This document shows positions 9,802 to 20,236 of a DNA stretch of 56,766 nt, piece after piece. Origin of the DNA: Candidatus Coatesbacteria bacterium (lineage in GTDB: Bacteria > JAFGND01); the NCBI GenBank assembly GCA_016927185.1, contig JAFGND010000047.1, positions 1 to 56,766 on the forward strand. The letters are read 5' to 3'. The notes under the pieces were generated by a model. It was not told the DNA's origin. It searched no databases and was given only the letters and a program-made list of their open reading frames with translations. Positions within the stretch are counted from its first letter, which is position 1. Every line of letters starts with the position of its first letter. Made by a program: the position numbers and the translations under genes.

Positions 9802-11677
9802 TTTTTCTCCTCCGATTCCTTAGCTCCAGAGCGATAAGAATGACTGCAATATCAGAAGGATTGATTCCGGAAATCCTGGCTGCCTGTCCTATTGTTCTGG
9901 GCTTTATCAAATCAAGCTTCTCTTGAGCTTCTTTGGTAAGACCACTCAGGGTAAAATAATCAATGTCACCTGGCAAATGTTTCTGTTCAAATTCAAGCTG
10001 TTTTTTTATTTCTGATAATTGTTTGTCAATGTATCCTTCATATTTTATTTCTATATCAAGCTTTTCAGAAAGACTCTTTTCAAGATGAACTCCATCAAGC
10101 AATGGAAGGAAATCCCTTGTCTTTATGAATGGTCTCCTTATGTATTCCAGGAGAGGTTTAGATTCTGTTGGAAAAGCTTCTCTTGAATTCCAGAAGGATT
10201 GAAGATCCTTAAGTGGAATTTTAATGTTATCAAGCATTTTCCTCACTTCATCCAGTTTTTCTCTTCTCCTGCGGTATTCATTCCAGATATCTTCTTCAAG
10301 AAGACCAATATCATGACCTATATTCATCAATCTGTCATCAGCATTATCGCATCTCAAGAGGAGCCTGTATTCAGCTCTTGAAGTAAACATCCTGTACGGC
10401 TCTTTTGTTCCCTTTGTTACAAGATCATCTATCAGCACGCCAATATAAGCCTGATCCCTTCTTAAAATAAGCGGTTCCTCTTTCCTGATAAATCTTGCTG
10501 CATTTATGCCAGCAATCAAACCCTGTGCAGCTGCCTCTTCATATCCGCTTGTACCATTGATTTGACCTGCACAGAAAAGACCGCTTACATTTTTTACTTC
10601 CAGAGAAGGTGAAAGCTGGGTTGGATCTATGTAATCATACTCTACTGCATAACCATATCTTGTAACTTTTACGTTTTGTAAGCCATTTATTGATTTCAAT
10701 GCCTGAAGCTGGATTACAGAAGGCAAGCTGGTTGCAAATCCGTTCAGATAGACTTCCGGTGTATGAAGTCCTTCAGGCTCTATGAACAAGTGATGACTGT
10801 CTCTTTCGCTGAACCTGTTTATTTTATCTTCAATGGAAGGGCAATATCTTGGACCTTTTGCCTTTATCTGACCAGTGAAAATAGGAGCTTTATCAAGATT
10901 GGAATGGATTATATCATGGGTAGTACTGTTTGTTCTTGCTATGAAGCATGGAAGCTGGTTTTCAAGCAAACCTTTCCTGTAATGCCTGAAAAAAGGAGCT
11001 TCCAGATCACCGTCCTGTTTTTCGAATGTTGAATAATCTATGCTTCTTCCATCAAGCCTTGGAGGTGTCCCTGTTTTCAATCTTCCAATCCTTATGCCAA
11101 GATCTTCAAGGCTTGAAGAGAGTTTATCTGCTGATGTTTCTCCCATCCTTCCACCCTTGATCTGCATTTCTCCAATATGAAGCATTCCTTTGAGAAATGT
11201 TCCAGTTGCAAGGATAACGCAAGCAGCCTTGAATACAGTCATGGAAGATGTCTCAACACCAGTCACTTTGCTGTCACTTGTAATTATTTTGGTAACTTCC
11301 CCTTCATGAATATCGAGATTTTCCTGATTCAATACCGCTTTCAGTATTCTCTCCCTATATGAGGATCTGTCGTTTTGCTGCCTTGGTGCCTTGACTGCTG
11401 CACCCTTTGTGGAATTCAGAATCCTTATCTGTATTGCAGTGTCATCACCAGCAGTTGCCATTTCACCACCAAGTGCATCAATCTCATATATGAGATGGCT
11501 TTTTGCCAAACCACCAAGTGCTGGATTACACGACATCTGTCCTATTGTCTCTATATGCAATGTTATCATCAGTGTTTTCAGGGATAATCTCGCACATGCA
11601 AGTGCTGCTTCAACTCCTGCATGTCCTCCTCCAACAATAATGGCATCATATGAATAAAAAATGGAACTATCAGTCAT
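9782..11677 (-). CDS. mnmG: tRNA uridine-5-carboxymethylaminomethyl(34) synthesis enzyme MnmG (GidA)
   Basis: [70 protein letters not shown] 11677 overlaps the upstream stop. Confidence 0.97.
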   Translation of the reverse strand: MTDSSIFYSYDAIIVGGGHAGVEAALACARLSLKTLMITLHIETIGQMSCNPALGGLAKSHLIYEIDALGGEMATAGDDTAIQIRILNSTKGAAVKAPRQQNDRSSYRERILKAVLNQENLDIHEGEVTKIITSDSKVTGVETSSMTVFKAACVILATGTFLKGMLHIGEMQIKGGRMGETSADKLSSSLEDLGIRIGRLKTGTPPRLDGRSIDYSTFEKQDGDLEAPFFRHYRKGLLENQLPCFIARTNSTTHDIIHSNLDKAPIFTGQIKAKGPRYCPSIEDKINRFSERDSHHLFIEPEGLHTPEVYLNGFATSLPSVIQLQALKSINGLQNVKVTRYGYAVEYDYIDPTQLSPSLEVKNVSGLFCAGQINGTSGYEEAAAQGLIAGINAARFIRKEEPLILRRDQAYIGVLIDDLVTKGTKEPYRMFTSRAEYRLLLRCDNADDRLMNIGHDIGLLEEDIWNEYRRRREKLDEVRKMLDNIKIPLKDLQSFWNSREAFPTESKPLLEYIRRPFIKTRDFLPLLDGVHLEKSLSEKLDIEIKYEGYIDKQLSEIKKQLEFEQKHLPGDIDYFTLSGLTKEAQEKLDLIKPRTIGQAARISGINPSDIAVILIALELRNRRRKNDNDFD

Positions 11678-12671
11678 TGGCTGATTCAATCTGTAATTTG
11701 TATTGATTCATCATTTCTTCCATTGGTTTCATATCAAATTTGTAATTTCCAGACTCATCAATCACATAGAATTTTTCGAGAGGAAAGCTTATTGCGTTAG
11801 CTCCAATTTTTATGCATTCCTCTATACTTCCCTCGAAAATTTGTTCTATTTCACTGCTTATTGTTATCGTACTGTCAGGATTCAAAAGACGGCATATTGC
11901 AATCATCTTGAGCATCAGGGAAAGTGGTACTGGATTTGCTTTTTCAAGTGGCGTGCCGATCCCTGGTATGAATGGTTCAAGAGCTATCAGGTCAATACCA
12001 ATCTGTTTGAATATCATTGCATCTCCATACAAGGTATTGGCAAGCTGATATGGCAAACCTATCCTGTTTGTTATACTTACCGAAAGACCTGATGAGTGTA
12101 TCCATTCCATGGCACGTATCCTGTGAAGATAACTTGTATATGGATGATAGCGCCTGAATAAATCAGGATCAGCTATGCTTTCAGAAAGCATACAGGAATC
12201 AAGACCTGCTCTTCTCAATGCTGCAAATTGATCAAAAGAGAATTCGCCAGCAGAAAGTATCAGTTTCAGATCAACCTGCTTTGACAGGTTTTCTATAACC
12301 TGGATAATCTGTACAAAAGGGAAATTTACATCATGACCAGCCTGGAGAATCAATGTTCTGTAACCCATATTTATTATCTGCCAGCTTAAGTAAATAATAT
12401 CTTCTGGCTTGAGTCTGTATCTCTTTATCTTCTTGTTATGTTGCCTCAAAGTGCAAAACAGGCAGTGTCTGCTGCAATGATTGGTGAAACTGAGCTTCGG
12501 AATTAGCTGGCTTTCAGTCTTTCTCAATCTGTTGTTCTCAATGAAAAGGTTCAAGATCCTTCCCAGCTGATTGTTTTCTGGTAATTCCATAAGAGAGATC
12601 AATGAACGCTCATCAGGAACTTGATTGTTCTTGAGAAACTGATTTATATTATGATAGAGAATATCTGGCAT
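11670..12671 (-). CDS. HydE/BioB-family radical SAM protein, strongly diverged
   Basis: [66 protein letters not shown] follow the HydE pattern. Start taken at ATG 12671, just after the upstream stop. Confidence 0.8.
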   Translation of the reverse strand: MPDILYHNINQFLKNNQVPDERSLISLMELPENNQLGRILNLFIENNRLRKTESQLIPKLSFTNHCSRHCLFCTLRQHNKKIKRYRLKPEDIIYLSWQIINMGYRTLILQAGHDVNFPFVQIIQVIENLSKQVDLKLILSAGEFSFDQFAALRRAGLDSCMLSESIADPDLFRRYHPYTSYLHRIRAMEWIHSSGLSVSITNRIGLPYQLANTLYGDAMIFKQIGIDLIALEPFIPGIGTPLEKANPVPLSLMLKMIAICRLLNPDSTITISSEIEQIFEGSIEECIKIGANAISFPLEKFYVIDESGNYKFDMKPMEEMMNQYKLQIESAND

Positions 12672-12672
12672 T

Positions 12673-13140
12673 TCAGAAAAAAATGTGTGCTCCCAGACCA
12701 CCATGCACATTAATATCAGTATCATCAATAATATTCATTCTCAGTTGTGCTTCTCCAAATATGTCAAACTGGTTACCAAGAATTATTCTCAATCCGAAAA
12801 CTCCCTGGGGACCGAATCTTGTATCATGATGATGTTCATCACTATAATGGTCTCCGGTATGTGAAGCAATGAAAACCCCTGGACCAACATATACTCCAAG
12901 ATCAGCACTGCTTGAGATTGGGAAATTCCATAAGTAATCAGCATGAAGGAAGATCCATTCATCGAAATCAAAACCAAGCATTGCATCAATATCATTCCTG
13001 TTACTTAACCTGAATTTCGCGTGAAATCCTGATGGTTCTCCTATTATGAAACCAAGTCCTACTGGCTTTGGAGAACCACCATCAGTATAAGCACTGTTGA
13101 ATGAAAACAAAATGAAAACGAATATCAACACATATCGCAT
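12673..13140 (-). CDS. Small outer-membrane beta-barrel protein (DUF3996-like)
   Basis: ATG 13140 with AAGGAG RBS; signal peptide; GLGFIIGEPSG; alternating beta strands; C-terminal GGLGAHIFF (terminal Phe). The longer ORF-track N-terminus overlaps the opposite gene. Confidence 0.75.
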   Translation of the reverse strand: MRYVLIFVFILFSFNSAYTDGGSPKPVGLGFIIGEPSGFHAKFRLSNRNDIDAMLGFDFDEWIFLHADYLWNFPISSSADLGVYVGPGVFIASHTGDHYSDEHHHDTRFGPQGVFGLRIILGNQFDIFGEAQLRMNIIDDTDINVHGGLGAHIFF

Positions 13141-13222
13141 TTCTCTCCTTTCATGTTTGCTCTTCAACTGTTTAATATTGACAGAATCAATGCAAGTAAA
13201 TTCTATGTTGATTGAGAGTAAT

Positions 13223-14413
13223 ATGTTGATAAATATATATTTGATAATGTCACTGATATGCTCAATAAATTCCCTTCCAGTGGATAAGCCCAGAATAACT
13301 GAAAACCTGTTGAAAGAGAATATCGGTTTCATAGTGCTAAAGCTTGAGAATGCACCACCGGAATCATTCGAACTCCTTGAATCAATTATAGAAACCGCAA
13401 GAAATGATGCAAAAAATCTTAATGAACCTGAAGACTTTCTGAGATTTTTCTTCAATACAATCAGGTTTACGTATAATATAAGGTATGAAAAGAATGATTT
13501 GCCTGGAGCAGGACTGAAGAACGGGGTACTGGATTGCGATAATCTTGCCTTGATATATCTGTCTATGGCAGAGGAACTTAAATTACCCTTGCATATGGTA
13601 ATTCTTCCGACACATGCATTCGTAAGATGGAAAGATGAGAATATCACCATAGACTGGGAATCTATTATAGGAGAGAAGAGAGAAAAAAATTTCTACAAAA
13701 TATCTTATGAAATATCTGATTATTCTGAAAAAAAGGGTACTTATCTGAGGAATTTGACAAGGAATGAAGTAATTGCATTCAATCTATCCGTAATAGGCAA
13801 AGTCCTGTTGTATGAAGGGAATAACAAACTGGCACAGGAATACATGAAAGAAGCTTGCAAGAACGGTCTTAGAATCCCTTCTGTAATATCTGCAAGAGTA
13901 GATATGGAGAGGAAAATGGGAAATCTCGGCAAGGCTCTTTACTATACAGACATGTTATTGAAACTGGATTCTTTTGATTTCGAGTTTTACAACGAAAAAG
14001 CTCAGATACTTTCCCAAATGGGTAAGAAGAAAAAAGCCCTTGAGAATTTTGACATATCTACAAAGCTAAATCCTTATCAACCGGAAATTTATATGAGAAA
14101 ATATGAACTTGACAGTAGAAATTTCGAAAATATGGAAAAAGCGTACTTGATTGATCCCACCAATCATCATGTTTCAGAGATATATGCAGCAGAGCTGAAC
14201 AAGAAAGGTTTTTTCAGGAAATCGTTGGGGATATGGAATAAACTGATTTCTGAAAATCCCTTCAATCCATATCTTTATGCGGGAAGGGCAGTTTCAAAAT
14301 CAGGTTTGGGTTATCATTTCCTTGCCATAAATGATGCAGAAAGTTCAAGAAATCTTGGTCTTGGGAAAAGGGAATTCGATATCTTGATAGGGAATTTGAA
14401 AAAGCCTAATTGA
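13223..14413 (+). CDS. Transglutaminase-like (SirB1-like) domain plus TPR repeat protein
   Basis: LDCDNLALIYLSMAEELKLPL..LPTHAFVRW..WE, then several TPR-like helices. Start uncertain (ORF track 13097). Confidence 0.75.
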   Translation: MLINIYLIMSLICSINSLPVDKPRITENLLKENIGFIVLKLENAPPESFELLESIIETARNDAKNLNEPEDFLRFFFNTIRFTYNIRYEKNDLPGAGLKNGVLDCDNLALIYLSMAEELKLPLHMVILPTHAFVRWKDENITIDWESIIGEKREKNFYKISYEISDYSEKKGTYLRNLTRNEVIAFNLSVIGKVLLYEGNNKLAQEYMKEACKNGLRIPSVISARVDMERKMGNLGKALYYTDMLLKLDSFDFEFYNEKAQILSQMGKKKKALENFDISTKLNPYQPEIYMRKYELDSRNFENMEKAYLIDPTNHHVSEIYAAELNKKGFFRKSLGIWNKLISENPFNPYLYAGRAVSKSGLGYHFLAINDAESSRNLGLGKREFDILIGNLKKPN

Positions 14414-14420
14414 AACAATA

Positions 14421-14798
14421 CTAATCATCAATTATCTGTATAGCTTTAGTGAAACAGACTTCGCTGCAAAGCCTTTCTGAGCAAACCTGACATTTGACAG
14501 ATTTCCCTTCTCTTATCTTGACTGCACCAAATGGGCAGTTTTTTTCGCAATTGCCACATCCTATGCATTTTTCAGTAGCCAGTCTCCATATTCCATCTTT
14601 TTCTCTGTAGAAAACTTTATTGGGGCAACTCTCTGCTGCCTTGCATATCTTGCATTGTCTGCATATCCTGATTTTGTTTTTGCCTTCAAAAAAATCAAGA
14701 TCCACTTCAAGAAGCTCTCCATCATTATAACTCCTGCAATATGTAACGCAGGACAGACATCCACTGCATTCCCTTTCATTGACAATTATCCTGATCAT
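14421..14798 (-). CDS. 4Fe-4S dicluster electron-transfer protein (DmsB/HydN-like)
   Basis: CSGCLSCVTYC, CRQC..C..CP, CIGCGNCEKNCPFGA, KCQVC..CSEVC. Confidence 0.88.
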   Translation of the reverse strand: MIRIIVNERECSGCLSCVTYCRSYNDGELLEVDLDFFEGKNKIRICRQCKICKAAESCPNKVFYREKDGIWRLATEKCIGCGNCEKNCPFGAVKIREGKSVKCQVCSERLCSEVCFTKAIQIIDD

Positions 14799-15001
14799 GG
14801 TTTTTTATCTAGCTCTTTATCGAGATCCTTTTTCAGATTTTCCTGAAATTTCTTCTGCTCCTTTTTTTCTATTTCCCTGCTTTTCTCCTGGAATGGTCTT
14901 ACATAAATATGAAGAAAAAGAAAAGCTGCTGCTATATATATTACAATAGCTATCAAAGTGCTTATTATATATCCGGGGATATTGCTTTTCTTCTTATTCA
15001 T
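14795..15001 (-). CDS. Small single-TM hypothetical protein
   Basis: MNKKKSNIPGYIISTLIAIVIYIAAAFLFLHIY plus a charged tail; ATG overlaps the aminotransferase stop and its stop overlaps the next ATG. Confidence 0.6.
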   Translation of the reverse strand: MNKKKSNIPGYIISTLIAIVIYIAAAFLFLHIYVRPFQEKSREIEKKEQKKFQENLKKDLDKELDKKP

Positions 15002-16079
15002 TAATTGCTTTTTCAAGCTTTTCAAGACCCTTTTCCAGATTCTCGGAAAGACAACCATAACCAATCCTGAATGAATGACAGTCTCCAAAAACCGAGCCAT
15101 TTACGACCTGAACCCTGAATTTCCTTGCCCAGTAATCTGTGTCAGGAATAATACTCTCGTCCTTGAATCTCAAAAAGCATATCACTCCTGTCTCTGGTAT
15201 CTTTCCTGTCAGTTTATCCTGCCTTGAAAGCCATTCCTTGAGAATTTTCCTGTTTTTCTCTATCATCACTATTCTTTTATTCCATATTTCCTGGATTTTT
15301 GGGAAAACCTGCAGACATGAACCTACATAAAAATAGGGTAACTCTACGTAGCATATATTTTCGAATTTCCTTAACTTTTCAATTACATCTGGCGGTGCGA
15401 AGGTCCATCCGCACCTCATCGAACCAAGACCGAAAACCTTTGTGAATGATTGCGTAGTGACTATCCTGGATTTTGATTTGTATGAAGTAACACCCTTCCC
15501 GTTGGCATTGAAATCCAGATAAATCTCGTCACTCAATAGCCAGATATTCATTTCTTCACATAATCCAATCAAATCATTCATTGTTTTTTCCTTCAATGTA
15601 AAACCTGATGGATTATGGCTTTGAGAGATAATTATTCCCCTTGTCCTGGCAGTTATCCTCGATTTTAATTCATCAATATTTATTTCATAGTCTTTATTCT
15701 TGTCCCTGTAAAATTCCCTTATGGCAAGATCATAAAATTCTGCTATAGCATGAAAAGCCTTGTAAGTAGGCATTTCAATAAGAACTTCATCACCATAGTC
15801 GAATAATGCACCAAATGCAAGAAAGTTGGATTGCGAAGCACCAAGTGTGAACAGGATTTCATCAGTCCCTACCTTGTATCTTTCACCAATAACTTCCTTG
15901 ATTTCAATGAATTGTGCATATGCTTCCTTCCTGTTGATAGTCATCTTCGAAATATCCACATTAAGCTCATCAGTTGTGACATGTACCACTTCACTCACAC
16001 CGAGATTTATCAAATCAGGTTCCGGATTTGCAGTGTGAGCTCTTGCCCATTCCATATAAGGGAAAGAAATCCTAGGCAT
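14994..16079 (-). CDS. PLP-dependent aminotransferase class I/II
   Basis: HNPSG, SDEIY, SFTKVFGLGSMRCGW (PLP lysine), FRIGY; ATG 16079 with AAGGAG RBS. Confidence 0.9.
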   Translation of the reverse strand: MPRISFPYMEWARAHTANPEPDLINLGVSEVVHVTTDELNVDISKMTINRKEAYAQFIEIKEVIGERYKVGTDEILFTLGASQSNFLAFGALFDYGDEVLIEMPTYKAFHAIAEFYDLAIREFYRDKNKDYEINIDELKSRITARTRGIIISQSHNPSGFTLKEKTMNDLIGLCEEMNIWLLSDEIYLDFNANGKGVTSYKSKSRIVTTQSFTKVFGLGSMRCGWTFAPPDVIEKLRKFENICYVELPYFYVGSCLQVFPKIQEIWNKRIVMIEKNRKILKEWLSRQDKLTGKIPETGVICFLRFKDESIIPDTDYWARKFRVQVVNGSVFGDCHSFRIGYGCLSENLEKGLEKLEKAINE

Positions 16080-16215
16080 ACTTGTTCTCCTTTCAATCTG
16101 AATAACTTGAAGCAATTTAAGCTCTTTAATGTCAATTGAAAATGGTTTTTGCAGAATCCATGCAGGGAACTGCAAAAGATGTTATATGGCCGGATTGGAA
16201 TTAACAAAGCGTTTT

Positions 16216-17550
16216 CTAGAAAGCCTCTTCTTCCTCATCTTCAGAAAGCGAGCTGAAATCGATATTGTAAAGATTGATAAGTTTTCTCAACCTGTTAGGA
16301 GAGAAGAAAACACATGATTCCTTGTCTTCCTGACCTGATGCCACTTCTTCCGCGAATGTACTGCATGTAGGGCAGCCACATAACCCGCAATTGAACTTTG
16401 GCAGAAGTTTAAGGAATTCATCCCTTTTCTTCATTTTCTTGACTGCTCTCAAGATATTGGTATCTAAAGGCTTTAATGGTCTAGGCAGGAGTTTTCCATG
16501 CAGGAAAGAGATTTTATCATCATAGTATTTCTTTGCTGCATCAAGGTCTATCTCTAATCTCTGGGGAAACCTGTTGCTTAAATCAATTAGTCTGCTCCTG
16601 TTTATATACGAGCTTTCTACTGTCAGGGAACCACCGCAACAGCCAAGCGGAGACGACCAGCATTCTATGAATTCCACCCCCCTGAGCCTTCCCGATTCTA
16701 TTTCCTGGAAAATCCTTATCAGATTTGATAAACCTGCAACAGCTAGCCATCTTTCCTTTGCAAGTATTCTTAGTAAACCTCCAACATAACCGAAACTGAT
16801 GCCAAGACCTGATATAGGTGATATCGGTTCACTCAAGGTATGTTCCTTGGAAATCTCGAAAACCTTGGAATACAAATGATTGTAAATATCCTGTATTCCT
16901 ATTGTCCCATCAAGAGATGATCTGGAGCCTTCTGCAGGTTGCTTGATTGAGATCATAATCGCACTGCAAGGAGCAATGAAGAAGCATGAAATTTCCTCAG
17001 GCTTTACCCCCAATCTTTCAGATATAGTAACCTTGGCGAGCATTGCAATAAACTCTCTTGGAGGCTGGAGGGGAAGAACATGCTCAACGAGACTTGGGAA
17101 AAGAACCTGTATCAGTCTGACAACAGTAGGGCATACGCTCAATATGACAGGTCTCAATGACCTGTTTTCTGAAAGCCATCGTTCTATTGAATATACATAA
17201 TACTCAAGAGCTGTTGAAATATCAAACACTTCATTGAAACCAAGCTGTATAAGTCCTTCCTGAACACATATCGGGGAGATCTCGCTTCCGAAATGACCAT
17301 ATATAGCAGATGAAGGAATTGCGACTTTGTAACTGAATCTTGGAAGAGTGGAAAAAGCATCAGTTTTCGGGACTATTGCCTTATGAGTACAAACCTGAAG
17401 GCACAATCCGCAATCTATGCATCTTTCCGAAACCAGGGCAGCTTTTCCCCTTCGTATCCTTATCGCACTGGTTGGACATATCCTCATGCAAGCCATGCAT
17501 CCAGTGCACGATTCCTCAATAAACTGAATTGAATGATAATACTCAGTCAT
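16216..17550 (-). CDS. [FeFe]-hydrogenase-like protein (sensory/ancestral type) with degenerate H-cluster motifs, N-terminal 2x[4Fe-4S] and C-terminal FeS domain
   Basis: CTGCMACMRICP, CIDCGLCLQVC; L1-like LSVCPTVV; L2-like APCSAIM; L3-like ECWSSPLGCCGG; C-terminal LPKFNCGLCGCPTC..C. Confidence 0.85.
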   Translation of the reverse strand: MTEYYHSIQFIEESCTGCMACMRICPTSAIRIRRGKAALVSERCIDCGLCLQVCTHKAIVPKTDAFSTLPRFSYKVAIPSSAIYGHFGSEISPICVQEGLIQLGFNEVFDISTALEYYVYSIERWLSENRSLRPVILSVCPTVVRLIQVLFPSLVEHVLPLQPPREFIAMLAKVTISERLGVKPEEISCFFIAPCSAIMISIKQPAEGSRSSLDGTIGIQDIYNHLYSKVFEISKEHTLSEPISPISGLGISFGYVGGLLRILAKERWLAVAGLSNLIRIFQEIESGRLRGVEFIECWSSPLGCCGGSLTVESSYINRSRLIDLSNRFPQRLEIDLDAAKKYYDDKISFLHGKLLPRPLKPLDTNILRAVKKMKKRDEFLKLLPKFNCGLCGCPTCSTFAEEVASGQEDKESCVFFSPNRLRKLINLYNIDFSSLSEDEEEEAF

Positions 17551-17552
17551 TT

Positions 17553-17987
17553 TTACAAATAATCAAAGGTCATTATAACTCTTGTTCCCTTGTCTGGTTC
17601 TGATTCTATCCTGAAGGTGTTAGAATTCTCTTTCATATTGGGTAATCCCAGACCTGCCCCAAAACCGAGCTCCCTCATTTCATCTGTGGCAGTAGACCAG
17701 CCTTTTTGCATGGCTTTCTCCAAATCAGGAATTCCGACACCACAATCTGTTACCTGGACTTCTATTTTCAGATCGGTAAGATTGAATAACACATTTCCAG
17801 GTGAATGTGCATACATGCATATATTCATTTCTGCCTCGAATACTGCAACAGAAACTCGTCTTACAATATCCGGTTTTATACCAAGGCTTTTCAGTATTTC
17901 CCTTATCTTCTCTGTAGCTGTTCCAGCTTTTTCGAAATCCCCTTCCTCAATGTGAAAAGATTGACTTATTAATATTGTTTCTTTCAT
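17553..17987 (-). CDS. RsbT-like anti-sigma regulatory factor / Ser-Thr kinase (HATPase_c)
   Basis: FEAEMNICMYA, DCGVGIPD, GWSTA, GFGAGLGLPNM, GTRV. Confidence 0.88.
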   Translation of the reverse strand: MKETILISQSFHIEEGDFEKAGTATEKIREILKSLGIKPDIVRRVSVAVFEAEMNICMYAHSPGNVLFNLTDLKIEVQVTDCGVGIPDLEKAMQKGWSTATDEMRELGFGAGLGLPNMKENSNTFRIESEPDKGTRVIMTFDYL

Positions 17988-20227
17988 TTCACTGATTCGT
18001 CAATTATCTGTGCAATTGCAAGTCCCTGTATCACTTCTTCATCAATTGATGTAATGTCCCTCGCATTTCCCAATATCCAGACATCCCTGTTATTACTTGA
18101 TTGCAGCAAAGAACCCATTTCATTACTTGCTTTCAGGAATTTTCCTTCATCAAGTTCTAATCCAAGCAATCTTGATATTCCGGGCAGATCATTATGAGGT
18201 CTCGATCCAGTTGCAAGAACTATCAAGTCAGATTCTATTTCTTCTCCATCAGGCATGATAACTTTATCATTATCAAGTATAATCTCATTCTCTACCTTTA
18301 TCAGATTTACATTGGCTTCAATTGATGCTGTCAGTAGTTCCTCTTCTGCCCCTTTCAGCCTGATGCCTCTATGAATAATACTTATCTCACAATCTGGATA
18401 AGATCTCCTTATTTCAAGTGCATTTTCAAGTGTTTCCTTGCAGCAAAACCTGCTGCAGAAGGGGAATTCGACATTTCTCGAACCATGACATTGAAGAAAG
18501 ACTACTTTATTGATTCCTGACAGATCATTTTCAGCTATCCGCCTTGCCAATTGGCTATTGCTTATCATTTTTGGTTTTTCCTCAGTTTCATGTTTCCTTG
18601 ATGAAGTAGCTACTATAATCCTGTCTGCTTCGTATTCATTGCCTGACACCTTTATTTTTCGCTTGAAATAATCCCCTTCTACTTCAATAATATCTTTCAA
18701 ATCAAGCAGAGCAAGGTTCCTGTTAGTGGAAAGCAGCTCATATTTCTCCTTGTACCCGGGAAGAATATATTCCTTGTCAGAATCACTGAAAGCCCAGATA
18801 ACCTCTTTCCCGAAATCAAGGAGAGTATCACAAGCGATTATTGCCGAGACAGAAAAACCCAGTATTAATACTTTTTGAGAGATGCACTTCTTCTTAGGCA
18901 AAGAGAAAAATTCCCTGTGTCTCATTATCATTTCTTCAACTGAAATACTCTTGTCAACAACGGCTCCCTGCATGTTATACTTCTGAGCCATTAAAGAGAA
19001 CATTTTGCTGTTGATTCCATAGCATGGGAAGAGAAGAACTCTCTTTATGTCATTCTCTTTCATGCCCTGCAGTTTGCCAGTTCCATCTTTCTTGCATGCG
19101 AATGAAGATAAGTAAACAAGATCCTTGAAACTGGATTCTGTCAGTTTTTTTAAAACGGAATCTGCATGGTCTTTCCAGATGTTTTTAAGCCCGTATTCAC
19201 AGACAAGTATAGCTGTTTCTCCATCAACAGGAACTATACATTCGCTTTGCACTTCACTGGTATTCAGCTGTTTCAGCAAGGCAGTAGCGGCAGCATGCCC
19301 CGAAAGTACTGCATCCATTGTATTGCATGGTTCAATGAATGAACCAGCTGAAATAATCTTTCCGTTCATCCTTGCAGGTGAGTTGTCTTCTGCAAAGCCG
19401 TATTTGTTTATCTTTATTCCAGCAGTTCTTGCCAGGTTTCTTGTTTCTGCTTCTGCCCCCTGAGCAACTGAGAGTACAGCAAGATCAAATCCCTCTTCCT
19501 GCTCATTGTTGTCTTTATTATACGTTATCATCACTTGTCCATCATCGTTTTGCCTTATGCTGTCTATTTCACAGTTAACAAGCTTTATGGACTTTTTATC
19601 AAGAACCTCACCAAATTGCAGTTCTCCTTCTTTTCCATAAGGTCTCATATCCCTGTAGAAAATTGTAATTCTTGCATCAACAAAGCGTTTCATGATTTCA
19701 AGGGAATGTTTCAATGTAACGCTGCAACAAATATTTCCACAATAATCTCTTCCAAGACCTTCTTCACGTGCTCCTATGCACTGAATGAAAGCAATTTTGT
19801 GTGGGTAAGTGCCATCGAATGGTCTCATCAGAATTCCCTTATAAGGTCCTGTAGGGGATAAAATTCTCTCCAGTTCAATGCTTGTTATTATGTTGCAGTT
19901 GTCCTTGTATCCGAGATGCAAAAGCTTGTCTGGAGAGAATACATCAAGACCTGGTGCAATAATCACTCCATCAATCTCAGTTTCCCTGCTTGCATCCTTC
20001 ATATCAAATTTAATGGCTTCCGTATCACATTCAGCAAGGCACAACCCGCATCCTAGACATCTTCTGCAACTGAAACACCTTTGAGCTTCAATCAATGCCT
20101 GTTCCTCTGTAAAACCTTTCTCTACTTCAAGGAAATTTTCCTTTCTTTCTTCAAGATGAAGCTCATTCATCCTTGTTCTTTTCTGTGGTACATCAGAAAA
20201 ATCAGGAATAAACTTGTCTTTTTTCAT
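17984..20227 (-). CDS. HdrL-like protein, C-terminal half (GltD tail + ferredoxin + HdrA core + second degenerate HdrA module)
   Basis: EERKENFLEVEKGFTEEQALIEAQRCFSC (GltD-type tail), CLGCGLCLAEC, TSIELERILSPTGP, FIQCIGAR..CGNICC; second QCHGSR..CSRFCC. Confidence 0.85.
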   Translation of the reverse strand: MKKDKFIPDFSDVPQKRTRMNELHLEERKENFLEVEKGFTEEQALIEAQRCFSCRRCLGCGLCLAECDTEAIKFDMKDASRETEIDGVIIAPGLDVFSPDKLLHLGYKDNCNIITSIELERILSPTGPYKGILMRPFDGTYPHKIAFIQCIGAREEGLGRDYCGNICCSVTLKHSLEIMKRFVDARITIFYRDMRPYGKEGELQFGEVLDKKSIKLVNCEIDSIRQNDDGQVMITYNKDNNEQEEGFDLAVLSVAQGAEAETRNLARTAGIKINKYGFAEDNSPARMNGKIISAGSFIEPCNTMDAVLSGHAAATALLKQLNTSEVQSECIVPVDGETAILVCEYGLKNIWKDHADSVLKKLTESSFKDLVYLSSFACKKDGTGKLQGMKENDIKRVLLFPCYGINSKMFSLMAQKYNMQGAVVDKSISVEEMIMRHREFFSLPKKKCISQKVLILGFSVSAIIACDTLLDFGKEVIWAFSDSDKEYILPGYKEKYELLSTNRNLALLDLKDIIEVEGDYFKRKIKVSGNEYEADRIIVATSSRKHETEEKPKMISNSQLARRIAENDLSGINKVVFLQCHGSRNVEFPFCSRFCCKETLENALEIRRSYPDCEISIIHRGIRLKGAEEELLTASIEANVNLIKVENEIILDNDKVIMPDGEEIESDLIVLATGSRPHNDLPGISRLLGLELDEGKFLKASNEMGSLLQSSNNRDVWILGNARDITSIDEEVIQGLAIAQIIDESVK

Positions 20228-20236
20228 AATATCCTT

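Noticed and set aside
11670-12671. PylB (pyrrolysine biosynthesis), which would fit the in-frame TAG at 20237
   Set aside because: The motifs (LRQHN..RYRL, LQAG, GLPYQ, PFIP) follow HydE more closely, and no pylC, pylD, pylS or pylT is adjacent.
13141-13650. Long N-terminal extension of ORF 12673..13650
   Set aside because: It is antisense to the TPR gene. A clear RBS, ATG and signal peptide at 13140 define the real start.
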